This document shows, piece after piece, positions 36,100 through 49,700 of a DNA stretch of 64,000 bases (within the stretch, counting starts at the first letter, position 1; every line of letters starts with the position of its first letter). The stretch is from Scyliorhinus canicula. Lineage: Eukaryota. Made by a program: the position numbers and the translations under genes. Location: the NCBI RefSeq assembly GCF_902713615.1, contig NC_052157.1, forward strand, positions 61,592,146-61,656,145, given 5' to 3'. The notes under the pieces were generated by a model. The model was not told the DNA's origin and made no database searches. It saw only the letters and a list, made by a program, of their open reading frames with translations.

Positions 36100-37775
36100 A
36101 CTCTGGGGGAATGTAAAAAAGAGAAAGAAGTTTTAAAGAAGTTTGGTGAAAGTTTTTTTTCTCCTTTTTTTGTGTGAAGGAAGAAAAATTGTTTGTTTTT
36201 CAAAAAAAACAGATTGAAGAAGGACAGAAGGGTGAAAAGGGGAAAAAAAGAAAGGAAAAACAATAAGCCGTTAAAGGATACGAAGAGCAGCGTCGAAGAA
36301 AGGAGGAAACGCGGGTTCGCCGCTGAATGAGAGGACCAGCAAAAGTGCTGACAAGATGGCGGAAGCCGAACCGCAAGGCGTGGCCCCACTACTTACAGTG
36401 GAGAAGATGACTGAGGTGATGGCGGTGGAGCTGGAAAAGCAGTTTGCGAGGCACATGGAAGCCTTGAGAAAGGAGACGGCGGTCACATTGAAGTCATTGG
36501 TGGAGGAGGCAATCACCCCGGTGAGAGTAGCTGTGGCAAAGACATTGGCCAAGATGAGAGAGCAGGGCGAGAAGATGAAGGAAGTGGAGGAGGCCGTGTC
36601 ACAGCACAGTGACCAGTTCGCCTCGATGGGTGACGAGCTGCGGAAGGTGGTGGAGGTCAACAGAGGACGCCGAGTAAAGCTCGAGGACTTGGAGAACCGC
36701 TCAAGGTGGCACAATACTTATCTAAGAGGTTGGCTGAGCTGATGGGGGAGGGTCAGAACCCCTCCCGGTACGAGCTAGACCGAGCTCATCGGTCATTAAG
36801 GCCGAAGCCCAAAGTGAACGAGCCGCCAAGAGCAGTAATTATCTGCTTCCATAAGTACTTTCATTTCATTTCATTTCATTACTGCATGAAGGAGAAGGTA
36901 TTAAGCTGGGCAAAGCAGAAGCGTGAGGTGCTGTGGGATGGTACTGCGGTTCGGATCTACCAGGACTTGACGGTGGAGTTGGCAAAAAGACGAGCAGCGT
37001 TTGGGCAAGTGAAGGCGGCATTGTACAAAAAGGAGATGCAATTTGGTATGGTGTACCCGGCGAAGCTGAGGGTAACGTACAATGCCAAAGACTTTTACTT
37101 CGAGACAGCGGAGGCGGCTGAGGCGTTCATGAGGGCAGAAGGCTTGGGACAGACGTGAGAGACTGTGGTCTGTGTTTGGGCAGCTGGAAAATGTATAAAT
37201 GCTACAATTTTCTTTTTACTGATGTGTATTGTAATTTACTACTCTTTGCATTGTTACAGAGTTCAAGTTAATGGTGGGTTGATTGACATTCTGTGTTCCG
37301 ACGGTTATATCTTATTTTAGTGAATTGTATGGGTTGGATTGTTGTTTTTGTTTTTTCTTTCTCTGGGACTGGGTGGAAGGGAACGATATATCTCGGCCAC
37401 CCATGCTAGCTAACTAAAGTCAGCTAGTGAACGGAGGTGAGGTGAGAGGAGGGTTGCTGACATTGGAGTCTGGTTGGCAGGTTTCGATGGGCCTGCGAGG
37501 CAAGCGAGAGGGGGGGGGCGGGGGGGAAGGGATTGATGCTGGGAGATGTTTTTTCAAGGGGAATTGTAGGGGGGGTTCTTGGTAGGGGGGGGAAGGGGTT
37601 TGATATTAATAATGGACAGGGGCGGGTCAGGCTTATGGGGCAGGGCCCGGTGGTATGATAATGGTGGATAAGAAGGGTGGGGGGGCTGAGAGATCCCAAG
37701 TTAGGATAGTCACGTGGAACGTGAGAGGGTTAGGAGGTCCAGTCAAGAGGTCAAGGGTGCTTGTGCATCTTAAAA
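36100..37775 (+). mobile_element. L1-type LINE 5' part (ORF1 and start of APE), 3'-truncated
   Basis: ORF1 36356-37158: coiled coil, LEDLENRSR, ELDRAHRSL, IYQDLT, YPAKLRV; ORF2 start RIVTWNVRGLGGPVKR near 37705. Confidence 0.9.
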
Positions 37776-37779
37776 GTGG

Positions 37780-40241
37780 CGGCTGACGAGGTGGCAGTCC
37801 ACGCATATGGGGATTACCGCCGCCCCCCGGCGATTGTCCAACCCAGCGGGGGTCGGAGAATCCCACCCTTTGATCCGAACTGGACAGCCTTTGCTCATCA
37901 CATTGGATGCATCCCCGTATGGTATTGGGGCCTTCCTGTCCCACAAGATGGAGAACGGGGCCGAGCAGATAGCTTTCGCCTCCCGCACATTGACTGCAGC
38001 GGAACAAAAGTACGCGCAGATCGAGAAGGAGGGCCTGGTGGTGGTCTTTGCGGTGAAACGTTTCCACCAGTACGTGTATGGCCGTCACTTCACTATCGTG
38101 ACTGATCATAAGCCTCTGCTGTGACTTTTCCGAGAGGATAAGCCAATAATGAAATGAAAATCGCTTATTGTCACGAGTAGGCTTCAAATGAAGTTACTGT
38201 GAAAAGCCCGTAGTCGCCACATTCCGGCGCCTGTTCAGGGAGGCTGTTACGGGAATTGAACCGTGCTGCTGGCCTGCTTGGTCTGCTTTTGAAGCCAGCG
38301 ATTTAGCTGTGTGCTAAACAGCCCCCAATACTGCCCATGGTTTCCGCACGGATCCAGCGCTGGGCTTTATTGCTCACTGCCCACGAGTATTCTCTGGAGC
38401 ACAAACCAGGAACCCGGATAGCAAATGCCGACACACTGAGCCGATTGCCTTTGTCAACCGGTCCCATGACGATCCCCACGACGGTGAGGTGGTTGCAACC
38501 CTAAATTTTATGGACACCTTGCCTGTCACGGCATCACAGATCCGTGAGTGGACCCAGACGGAGCCAGTCCTGTCAAAGGTTCGGCACATAGTCCTGCATA
38601 GTGGTCAGCATAGACAGCTCCCAGGTGAGTTGCAGGCATTTTCCTGCAAGCTGTCAGAATTTAGAGTGGAAGACGGCATCCTTTTGTGGGGGACGCGTGT
38701 GATTGTTCCGGAAAAAAGACAGGAGCTGATATTAAGAGACTTGCACAATGGGCATCCAGGTGTGACCAAAATGATAATGTTAGCCCGGAGTTATGTCTGG
38801 TGGCCAGGCTTCGACATTGACATTGAGAAGGTGGCCCAAAACTGCTCCATTTGCCAGGAGCATCAGAAGCTTCCGCCGGCTGCACCCCTACATCACTGGG
38901 AATGGCCAGGGTGGACTTGGGCGCGCTTGCACGTGGATTTTGCCGGCCCTTTTCAAGGATCCATGTGCCCAGTCTCAATGGCTAGAGGTGCATAAGATGG
39001 TAGGCGCAATATCCTTCACAACAATCGAGAAGATACGTTTGTCTTTCAGTACGCATGGACTCCCCGAGGTTCTGGTCACGGACAACGGCACTCCGTTCAC
39101 AAGTGAGGAGTTTGCGAGGTTCATGAAGATGAACGGCATACGCCATATCCGCACTGCCCCATACCACCTACCTTCAAATGGGTTGGCAGAGCGCACATTG
39201 CATACATTCAAACGAGGCCGAAAGAAGCAGTCTTCTGGGTCGATGGACACGAGACTGGCTTGTTTCTTGTCTTCATATAGGACCACCCACATGCGGTGAC
39301 TGGGGTAGCTCCCACAGAACTCCTAATGGGCCGGAGACTTCGCACCAGCCTTAGCATGGTTTTCCCAGACATTGGCGCAAAAGTACGCCGCACACAAGAA
39401 CGGCAGGGACATGGTTTTTCTCGGCATTGGCCGATTCGGCAGTTGCATCCGGTGACCCAGTGCTCATTCAGAATTTTACTGGTGGTGCCAGGTGGGTCCC
39501 TGGCATACTCTTTCGCCAAACGGGTCCCATCTCCTACCAGGTACAAGCCCAGGGTCGTCTCCAGCGCAAACATGTAGACCACGTTCGGCCCAGAGGACCA
39601 TCCCTTCCAAAGATTCTCCGCCCCCGGAGCTCATTTCTACAGCCACAGAGACCAGACACAGTGGAAAGTATTCCTCACAATCTTCCTCTGGCGTCGCACC
39701 CAAAGCCTGCGCAGATCATTGCAGAACCACCTGGAGATAGAGACGCCGAGATGACAGAGGCAGCAGACTCCCGACTCCGAGATGGAGACACAGGACGCCT
39801 CAGAGGGGGAATCCTCGGGCCCACGGGCCATGGATGTACAATCGTTACCCCGTTCATCACGGAAGCGCCGTTCTCCGTCTCGTTACACGCTGCTCGACCC
39901 AGCACCTCGTGCAAATCCGGCCTGCGGCAAAATGTCTGACGCCCTTCTTCAACAGGGTCTTTGATGGATTCCTTGGACTTTGGGGGGGAGGGATGTTATA
40001 ACCTGCCTGTTTGCCACTGGCTGGGTACTAATGGCTATCCCATAATGAGGGGGGCGGAGAAATCATCAGCAGACTCCGTGCATAAATAAATAAAGCTGGC
40101 CATTTTGGAACCGGCGAGAGGACAGTGAGCAGCAAGGGAAGTTGCTGCTGATGTTGTGTATACATACGTTATTGTAAATAAATGTTGATTATTTCTATCC
40201 TTCAATTCGTTCTGGATTCTTTGTCGCCCTCATAAAACTCA
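37780..40241 (+). mobile_element. Ty3/Gypsy 3' fragment (RNase H, integrase, 3' LTR)
   Basis: LDASPYGIGAFL, YAQIEKEGL, TDHKPL, HPGVTKM...VWWPG, DFAGPF, TDNGTPF, APYH..SNGLAER; PPT GGGGGGGAGGGA; LTR from 39994. Confidence 0.9.
38149..38324 (-). mobile_element. Short SINE with (CATTT)n tail
   Basis: Head GGGCTGTTTAGCACACAGCT, GGTTCAATTCC box B, tail CAATAAGCGATTTTCATTTCAT; 6-bp TSD CCAATA; interrupts the Gypsy frame. Confidence 0.82.
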
Positions 40242-43200
40242 CCATTCTTCAGTATCCCCATACCCACTCAATATCCCCAAAATCTATCAGCCTGACCATT
40301 CTGCAGTAACCCCCATCCCCCTCAATATCCCCTAAATCTACCAACCTGACCATTCTACAGTAATCCCCATACCCCCTCAATATCCCCGAAATCTACCAAC
40401 CCGACCATTCTACAGGAATCCCCATACCCCCTCAATATCCCCGAAATCTACCAACCTGACCATTCTACAGTATCCCCATACCCCCTCAATATCCACAAAA
40501 TCTATCAGCCTGACCATTCTGCATGTCCCCATACCCCCTCAATTTTCCCAAACATCTACCAACCTGACTATTCTGCAGTAATCCCCATACCCACTCAATA
40601 TCCCCAAATAGCTACCAACGTGACCATTCGACAGTAATCCCCATACCCACTCAATATCCCCTAAATCTATCAACCTGACCATTCTGCAGAATCCCCCATA
40701 CTCCCTCAATATCCCCTAAATCTACCAACCTGACCATTCTGCAGTATCCCCCAAACCCCCTCAATATCCCCAAAATCTATCAGACTGACCATTCTGCAGT
40801 AATCCCCATACCCCCTCAATATCCCTGAAATCTACCAACTTGACCATTCTGCAGAATCCCCGTAGCCGTCAATATCCCCTAAATCTATCAGCCTCACCAT
40901 TCAACAGTAATCCCCATACCCCCTCAATATCCCCTAAATCTATCAACCTGACCATTCTGCAGTAACCCCCATACCCCCTCAATATTCCCAAAATCTATCA
41001 GTCTGACCATTCTGCAGTAACCCCATACCCCCTCAATATCCCATAAATCTACCAACCTGACCATTCTGCAGTATCCCCATACCCCCTCAATATCCCCTAA
41101 ATCTAACAACCTGACCATTCTACAGTAATCCCCAAACCCCCTCAAGATCCCCTAAATCTACCAACCTGACCATTCTACAGTAATCCCCATACCCCCTTAA
41201 TATCCGCTAAATCTATCAGCCTGACCATTCTGCACTATCCCCATGCCCCCTCAATATACCCTAAATCTATCAGCCTGACCATTCTGCAGTAATCCCCATA
41301 CCCCCTCAATATCCCCTAAATCTATCAGGCTGACCATTCTGCACTATCCCCATACCCCCTCAATATCCCCAAACGTCTATCAACCTGACCATTCTGCAGT
41401 AATCCCCATACCCCCTCAATATCCCTGAAATCTACCATCCTGACCATTCTGCAGTAATCCCCATACCCCCTCAATATCCCCTAAATCGACCAACCTGAAC
41501 ATTCTGCAGTAACCCCCATACCCCCTCAATATCACTGAAATCTACCATCCTGACAATTCTGCAGTATCCCCACACCCCCTCAATATCCCTGAAATCTACC
41601 ATCCTGACCATTCTGCAGTAATCCCCATACCCCCTCAATATCCCTGAAATCTACCATCCTGACCATTCTGCAGTAATCCCCATACCCCCTCAATATCCGC
41701 TAAATCTGTCAGCCTCACCATTCTGCATTAATCCCCATACCCCCTCAATATCCCCAAACATCTACCATCCTGACCATTCTGCAGTAATCCCCATACCCCC
41801 TCAATATCCCCTAAATCTACCAACTTGACCATTCTGCAGTAATCCCCAAACCCCCTCAATATCCCCTAAATCTACCAACCTGACCATTCTACAGTAATCC
41901 CCATACCCCCTCAATATCCCCTAAATCTATCAGCCTGACCATTCTGCAGTAATCCCCATACCCCCTCAATATCCCCATAATCTATCAGCCTGACCATTCA
42001 GCACTATCCCCATACCTCCTCAATATCCCCAAACATCTATCAAACTGACCATTCTACAGTAATCCCCATACCCCCTCAATATCCCTTAAATCTATCAGCC
42101 TGACCATTCTGCAGTAATCCCCATACCCCCTCAATATCCCCTAAATCTATCAACCTGACCATTCTGCAGTAATCCCCATACCCCCTCAATATCCCCTAAA
42201 TCTATCAACCTGACCATTCTGCAGTGTCCCCATACCCCCTCAATATCCCCTAAATCTATCAGCCTGACCATTCTGCAGTAATCCCCATACCCCCTCAATA
42301 TCCCCTAAATCTATCAACCTGACCATTCTGCACTATCCCCATACCCCCTCAATATCCCCTAAATCTATCAGCCTGACCATTCTGCAGTAATCCCCATACC
42401 CACACAATATCCCCTAAATCTACCAACCCGACCATTCTGCAGTATTCCCCAAACCCCCTCAATATCCCCTAAATCTATCAGCCTGACCATTCTGCAGTAA
42501 TCCCCATACCCCCTCAATATCCCCTAAATCTATCGACCTGATCATTCTGCAGTAATCCCCATACCCCCTCAATATCACCTAAATCTACCAACCTATCCAT
42601 TCTACAGTAATCCCCATACCCCCTCAATATCCCCTAAATCTATCAGCCTGACCATTCTGCAGTATCCCCCATCCCTCCTCAATATCCCCTAAATCTATCT
42701 ACCTGACCATTCTGCAGCTATCCCCATACCCCCTCAATATCCCCTAAATCTATCAGCCTGACCATTCTGCAGCGTCCCCATACCCCCTCAATATCCCCTA
42801 AATCTATCAACCTGACCATTCTACAGTAATCCCATACCCCCTCAATATCCCCAAACATGTATCAACCTGACCATTCTACAGTAATCCCATACCCCCTCAA
42901 TATCCCCAAACATGTATCAGCCTGACCATTCTGCAGCAATCCCCATACCCCCTCAATATCCCTGAAATCTACCATCCTGACCATTCTGCAGAATCCCCAT
43001 ACCCCCTCAATATCCCCAAACATGTATCAACCTGACCATTCTGCAGTAATCCCATACCCCCTCAGTATCCCGTAAATCTACCAACCTGACCATTCCTCAG
43101 TAATCCCCATACCCCCTCAATATCACCTAAATCTATCAATCTGACCATTCTGCTGCATCCCCCATACACCCTCAATATCCCCTAAATATCTCAACCTGAC

Positions 43201-44068
43201 CATTCTACAGTAATCCCCTACCCTCTCAATATCCCCTAAATCTATCAGCCTGACCATTCTGCAGTAACCCCCATACCCCCTCAATATCCCCTAAATCTAT
43301 CAGCCTGACCATTCTGCACTATCCCCATACCCTATCAATATCCCCAAACATCTATCAACCTGACCATTCTGCAGTAAGCCCCATACCCCCTCAATATCCC
43401 CTAAATCTACCAACCTGACCATTCAGCACTATCCCCATACCCCCTCAATATCCCCAAAATCTATCATCCTGACCATTCTGCGGTAATCCCCATACCCCCT
43501 CAATATCCCCTAAATCTATCAGTCTCACCATTCTGCAGTAATCCCCATACCCCCTCAATATCCCCTAAATCTACCAACCTGACCATTCTACAGTAATCCC
43601 CATACCCCCTCATTATCCCCAAAATCTATCAGCCTGACCATTCTGCAGTAATCCCCATGCACCCTCAATATCCCCTAAATCTATCAGCCTGACCATTCTG
43701 CAGTATCCCGTTTTCCCTCAATCGCCCAAAATCCATCAATCTCACCATTCTGCATTAACCCCACACACCCTCAATACCCCAAATATCAATCAACCTCCGC
43801 AATCTGCAGTAAACCCCGTCGCCCGTCAATACCCCAAAAATCCATCAGCTCAACCATTAAGGAGTAACCCCATACCTCTCTATACCCCATAAATGTATCA
43901 ACCTGACTATTCTACAGTGTCCCCATACCTCATCAGTACCCCAAAAATCGATCAACTGACCATCCTGCAGTAACCCCATGTCCCATCAACACCCCTAAAA
44001 TCTATCAGCCTCACCATTATGCAATAATCCCATACCCCTTCAATACCCAAAAAAATCTATCAACTGCC
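40242..44068. repeat. 54-56-bp satellite array, about 70 copies
   Basis: Unit CTGACCATTCTGCAGTAATCCCCATACCCCCTCAATATCCCCTAAATCTATCAGC; e.g. starts at 41221, 41275, 41330. Confidence 0.97.
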
Positions 44069-45100
44069 CATCGAGTCTGTTCCACCATTCAATCATGGCT
44101 GATATTTTTCTCATCCCCATTCTCCTACGTTCTCTCCATAACCCCTGATCAAAAACCTACCTATCTCTGTCTTACAGACACTCAGTGATTTGGCCTCCAC
44201 AGCCTTCTGCCGCAAAGAGTTCCACAGATTCACCACCCTCTGGCTGAAGACATTCCTCCTCATCTCTGTTTTAAAGGATTGTCCCTTTAGTCTGAGATTG
44301 TGTCTTCTGTTTCTAGTTTTTTCCTACAAGTGGAAACATCCTCTCCACTTCCACTCTACCCAGGCCACGCAGCATCCTGTAAGTTTAAATAAGATCTCTC
44401 CTCATCCTTCTAAACTCCAACGAGTACAGAACTAGAGTACTCAACCGTTCCTCATACGACAAGCTCTTCATTCCTGGGATCATTGTTGTGAACCTCCTCT
44501 GGACCCTTTTCAAGGCCAGCACATCCTTCCTCAGATACAGGGCCCAAAACTGCTCACAATACTCCAAATGGGGTCTGCTCAGAGCCTTATATAGCCTCAG
44601 AAGTACATCCCTGGTCTTGTATTCTAGCCCTCTAGACATGAATGCTGACATTGCGTTGCCTACGTCACTGACGACTGAACCTGCACGTTAACCTTGAGAG
44701 AATTGTGAACATGGACATCCAAGTCCCTTTGTGCTCCTGATTTCCTAAGCATTTCCCCATTTAGAAAATAGTCTATGCCTACATTTCTTCTTCCAAAGTG
44801 CATAACCTCACACTTTTCAACATTGGATTCCATCTTTCACTTCCTTGCAAACTCTGCTAGCCTGTCCAAGTCCTTCTGCAGCCCGCCCGCATCCCCAATC
44901 CTCGATCCATGCCAGGACCTTACCCTTAACACCATGGGCTCTTAACTTATTTAACAGTCTCCTGTGCGGCACCTTGTCAAAGGCCTTCTGGAAATCTAAA
45001 TAAATAATGTCCACTGGTTCCCCTTTGTCTAACTTCTTTGTTACTTCCTCAAAGAACTCGGACAGATTTGTCAGGCATGACCTCCCCTTGACGAACCCAA
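44069..45100 (-). mobile_element. CR1 LINE 3' fragment with internal deletion
   Basis: ORFs 44385-44651 and 44817-45014 (YLDFQKAFDKVPH, RPHLEYCEQFW). Confidence 0.9.
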
Positions 45101-45448
45101 GGGTCAGGAGGGGAAGTTTGTGGTCAGCAATTTACTCGGAATAGAGTCAAGGGTACAGCAGGTGGCTCTAATGAACAAGATGTGTTCAGAAAGGACACAA
45201 GGGAATATAGGTGAGAAACTGGAGAAAGATGTGAGTTCAGGGAAAAGGCAGGGGAGGAAGGGGTGTTGGGGGGCATCAGAGGAGGTTTGTCCCAGTGGAT
45301 TATTGGAAGGAGAGTCACGACAGAGGCAGCTAATTGGATTGTCTCGATCTCAGTGACAGAGATTCCATGAGTTGTCAGGAGGCAATATTTTCTGAGGAGA
45401 ATGTTTTCCGTGTGCATATCAGAAAGCTAGTGAACTCAGGAGAGAGAG

Positions 45449-46699
45449 TGTGGTGAATCATAATAGCATAATTCAGACTGTTATCACACATGTTGTACCA
45501 TGCCTCTATAAGCTCGGCACACGAGCAGTTGCGCGGCTCTGCCCTGAGGGGGAGGTGTACTGGGAATGCACAGAAGTTTGTACTGGGCTCCACCCTTGGC
45601 TCCGCCCATGACTCCTCCCCCCCGGTTGTATAATGCTTGGCAGTCGGAGCCTGCCTGCCAGTTCATCTAGAGTTCATCCCGTCACAGGCAGGCTCTGTTG
45701 TAAGACGATTAAAACCACTATTCACTTCCAATCTCCCATTGGAAAGAAGCCGTCCCAGACGCGCTCCATGCTATTAGGTCCCTCTTGTGTACCACCACCA
45801 ATCAGACCCGTCAAGAGCGGCTCTTTACCTTTTCCAGGGGTACTACCACGGGGGTTTCGCTCCCGGCATGGTTGAAGACACCGGGCCCAGTGCTCCTCAG
45901 GAAGCACGTCAGGGCACACAAAACTGACCCACTTGTGGAAAAAGTGCTCCTACTGCACTCAAACCCCCAATACGTCTTCATAGAGTACCCTGATGGCCAT
46001 CAGGACACCGTATCCTCCAGGACCTAGCGCCTGCAGGATCAAACCCCACCACTACCACCGCCGAGGTAACCTTCACACTACATCCCACCCAACTCGCAGC
46101 GCCCCACGCTCCCGCGCCTACCAGTTCACTACACATGTTCCGCGCGTCCGCACCCGCAAGCTCCCAGTGCCCCCACTCCCCAGTCGAACCAGACGGGTAT
46201 GAAGCTCGGGCAGAATCACCCTCGGAGTCTGCCATCGTACCCCAACCGACCGTGATCATCCAGCCACCAGAAGAGACTGCAACCCCGGTGCTCCGCCGAT
46301 CACAACGGACAACTCGACCACCGGACAGGCTCAATCTGTAAACCATCACCCCCGCCAAACTTGATTTTTTTACAGGGGGTGAATGTGGTGAATCATAATA
46401 GCATAATTCACACTGTTATCACACATGTTGTACAATGCCTCTGTAAGCTTGGCACACGAGCAGTTATGCAGCTCTGACCCTAAGGGGAGGTGTACTGGGA
46501 ATGTACGGAAGTTTGTACTGGGTTCCACCCTTGGCTCCGCCCATGACTCCTCCCCCCACTGGTTGTATAAAGCTTGGCATTCGGAGCCTGCCTGCCAGTT
46601 CATCTAGAGTTCATCTCGTCACAGGCTGGCTCTGTTGTAAGACGATTAAAACCACTGTTCACTTCTAACCACGTGTCGCGTGAATTGATGGTCTCATCA
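45449..46699 (+). mobile_element. Internally deleted Gypsy element
   Basis: TSD GAGAG; 5' LTR 45449-about 45729 lacking its last about 35 bp, fused to the integrase tail; PPT ACAGGGGGTGAA; 3' LTR 46384-46699. Confidence 0.9.
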
Positions 46700-46729
46700 G
46701 AGAGCAAGATGGGTTAAGATGGAGGTTGA

Positions 46730-49700
46730 GGACTTCCAGTTGCGGCTATGCGGAGTTAAGTCGCACGTTCGGCAGCTCCCACTAGCAAAGGACATTTGGG
46801 CTCTTTTTAGGGCCCGCAACGGCGCTTGTTCGACATTTCCCGGTGTGCGAAGGGGACAGCAACATTCCCCTGCTGGTGTATGGATTGGACTAGGAGCGGT
46901 GCGATTAAAAAAACGGCGTTGCAGCAAAGAAGGGTGCGAGGGAGGAGGACCAAGATGGCGGCGGGTGGAGACCAGGCAGCGTAGACGCAATGGGAGCAGG
47001 GGCTGCCCCCACGCTGTTTCAAGGAGCTAAAAGCAGAGCTGCTGGAGCTGATGAAGGCCTCACTCGATAAGCTGCTGGAGACCCAGACGGCCCAAGGGGC
47101 GGCGATCCGGGAGGTCCGGCAAAAGGTCTCGGAGAACAAGGACAAGATCCTAGGCCTGGCGGTGAAGGTGGAGGCGCACGAGGCGCTCCATAAGAAATGG
47201 CAAGTGAGGTTCGAGGAGATGGAGAACCGGTCGAGGCGGAAGAACCTGCGGATCCTAGGCCTCCCGGAGGGGCTGGAGGGATCGGACATGGGGGCCTATG
47301 TGGTCACCATGTTGAATTTGTTGATGGGAGCGGGGGCCTTCCAGGGGCCCTTGGAGTTGAAGGGGACCCACCGAGTGCTGGCGAGAAAGCCCAAGCCCAG
47401 CAAGCCACCGCGGGTTCCACCGGTTTGCTGATCGAGTGTGTGTGCTAAGGTGGGCCAAGAAGGAGCGGAGCAGCAGGTGGGAGGACGCGGAGGTCCGGAT
47501 CTACCAGGATTGGAGTGCGGAGGTGGCGAAGAAGAGGGCCGGTTACAATCGGGCGAAGGCAGCACTGCACAGGAGAGGGGTGAAGTTCGGCATGCTACTG
47601 CCGACGCATCTGTGGGTCACCTACAAGGACCGACATCGTTATTTTGAGTCCTTAGAGGAGGCCTGGGCCTTTGTTCAAGCCGAAAAACTGGACTCAGACT
47701 GAGGGTCGGGGGATGGTTGAAGATTGTTGTGTTGTGTTCCGAGGGGGGGTTGTTTCTTTGTTTTCTGGGGTTTGATAGGGCAGTGTTTTGATAGCGCCAG
47801 AGGAGGGGGGGCCGGCCGAGTGGAAAGCGCGGGCTTTTTCCCGCGTTCAGGGTTGAAGGGGGCAGGGCCGGAGCTGGGAAGCACAGGCTTTTTCCCGCGC
47901 TGGGAGAGGAATGGGAAGGACGAGAGCCTGCTTGAGGGCAAGGGAGGGAAGGGGAAGCTTTACACTGGTGGGGGGGGGGGGGGGGGTCGAAGGTGAGGCG
48001 GGAGTGGCCGGGGTGAGCAGGAGTCAGCTGACTCACGGGAGTACAATGGGGGGAGCAACGCAGCTAGGGGGGGACCTAGCTAGGAGGGGAGGGTGGGGGG
48101 TAAGGGGGGGACCTGTTTGATGCTGGAATGGCCAAGCGGGAGCTGGAGGTGGTAGAGGAGGTCGGGGCAGGGGTCTGCCACTGTGGGGAACGGGCCGAGT
48201 GGGGGACGCGGGCACATGGCTGGTCTAGGAAGGGTTATGGCTAATCGGCGGGGGAGGGGGGCGAGTAGCCCCCTGATCCTGGAATGTAAGGGGACTGAAT
48301 GGGCCGGTCAAGCGGGCCCGGGTGTTCGAGCACCTGAAGGGGCTGAAGGTGGATGTGGCCATGTTCCAGGAGACGCACCTGAGGGTGGCGGATCAGGTAT
48401 GGTTAAGAAAGGGGTGGGTAGGGCAGGTGTTTCATTCGGGCTTAGATGGAAAAAACCGGGGGGTGGCAATCTTAGTGGGGAAGAGAGTGTCGTTCGAGGC
48501 GTCGAGCGTTGTGGCGGACAATGGCGGTAGGTATGTGATGGTAAGTGGCAAGTTCCAGGGGGAGCGGGTGGTGCTGGTCAATGTATACGCCCCGAATTGG
48601 GACGATGCGGGGTTCATGCGGCGTATGCTTGGCCGGATTCCAGATCTCGAGACAGGAGGCCTAATAATGGGGGGGATATCAACACGGTGCTGGACCCGGC
48701 ACTTGATCGCTCCAGGCAGGAGGCCGGCGGCGGCCAAGGTGCTGAGGGGGTTTATGGACCAGATGGGAGGGGTGGACCCATGGAGGTTTACGAGGCCGAG
48801 GGCCAGGGAATTTTCATTCTTCTCCCATGTCTACAAGGCCTACTCCGGATTGACTTTTTTGTCATGAGCAGAGCGCTGATTGCGAGGGTGGAGGACACGG
48901 AATATTCGGCAATAGCCATTTCTGATCATGCTCAGCATTGGGTGGACCTCGAGTTGGGGGAGGAGAGGGACCAACGTCCGCTGTGGTGTCTGGAGGTGGG
49001 GTTGTTAGCAGACGAGGAGGTGGAGTTAGGGATGGAGGAGGGAGCACGGTACGAAGTGCGGTGGGTATCAATGGGGTCTGGAGGAGCTTTTATGAAGAAC
49101 TGTACCAGTCAGAGCCCCCATTGGAGGAGGGAGGGATGGATTGCTTCCTAGACCGGCTGAGGTTTCCGAGGGTGGAGGAGGAGCAGGTGGCGGGGTTGGG
49201 AGCGCCGGTTGGACTGGAGGAGTTGGTCAAAGCGATAGGGAACATGCAGACGGGGAAGGTACCGGGGCCAGATGGGTTCCCGGTTGAATTTTACAAGTAG
49301 TATTTGGACCTGCTGGGCCCGCTGTTGGTAAGGACCTTCAACGAGGCAAGGGAAGGGCGGGCTCTGCCCCCGACGATGTCTAGGGCGCTGATCTCCTTGA
49401 TCCTGAAGCAGGACAAGGATCCCCTACAGTGTGGGTCATATAGGCCGATCTCACTCCTAAAAGTAGATGCAAAGTTGCTGGCAAAGATTTTGGCCTTGAG
49501 GATAGAAGACTGTGTGCCACAGGTCATACACGAGGATCAGACGGGGTTTGTGAAAGGGAGGCAGTTGAATGTTAACGTACAGAGGCTAGTGAATGTTATA
49601 ATGATGCCGGCAGTGGAAAGGGAGGCTGAGAGAGTGGCGGCGATGGATGCGGTGAAGGCCTTTGATAGGGTGGAATGGGGGTACCTGTGGGAGGTGTTGA

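Noticed and set aside
40242-44068. CRISPR-like array
   Set aside because: Units are contiguous with no unique spacers, there are no cas genes, and the context is vertebrate; it is a satellite.
45124-45417. 97-aa ORF as candidate leader or TM exon of the Siglec-like gene
   Set aside because: No convincing signal peptide, TM helix or splice-site pair.
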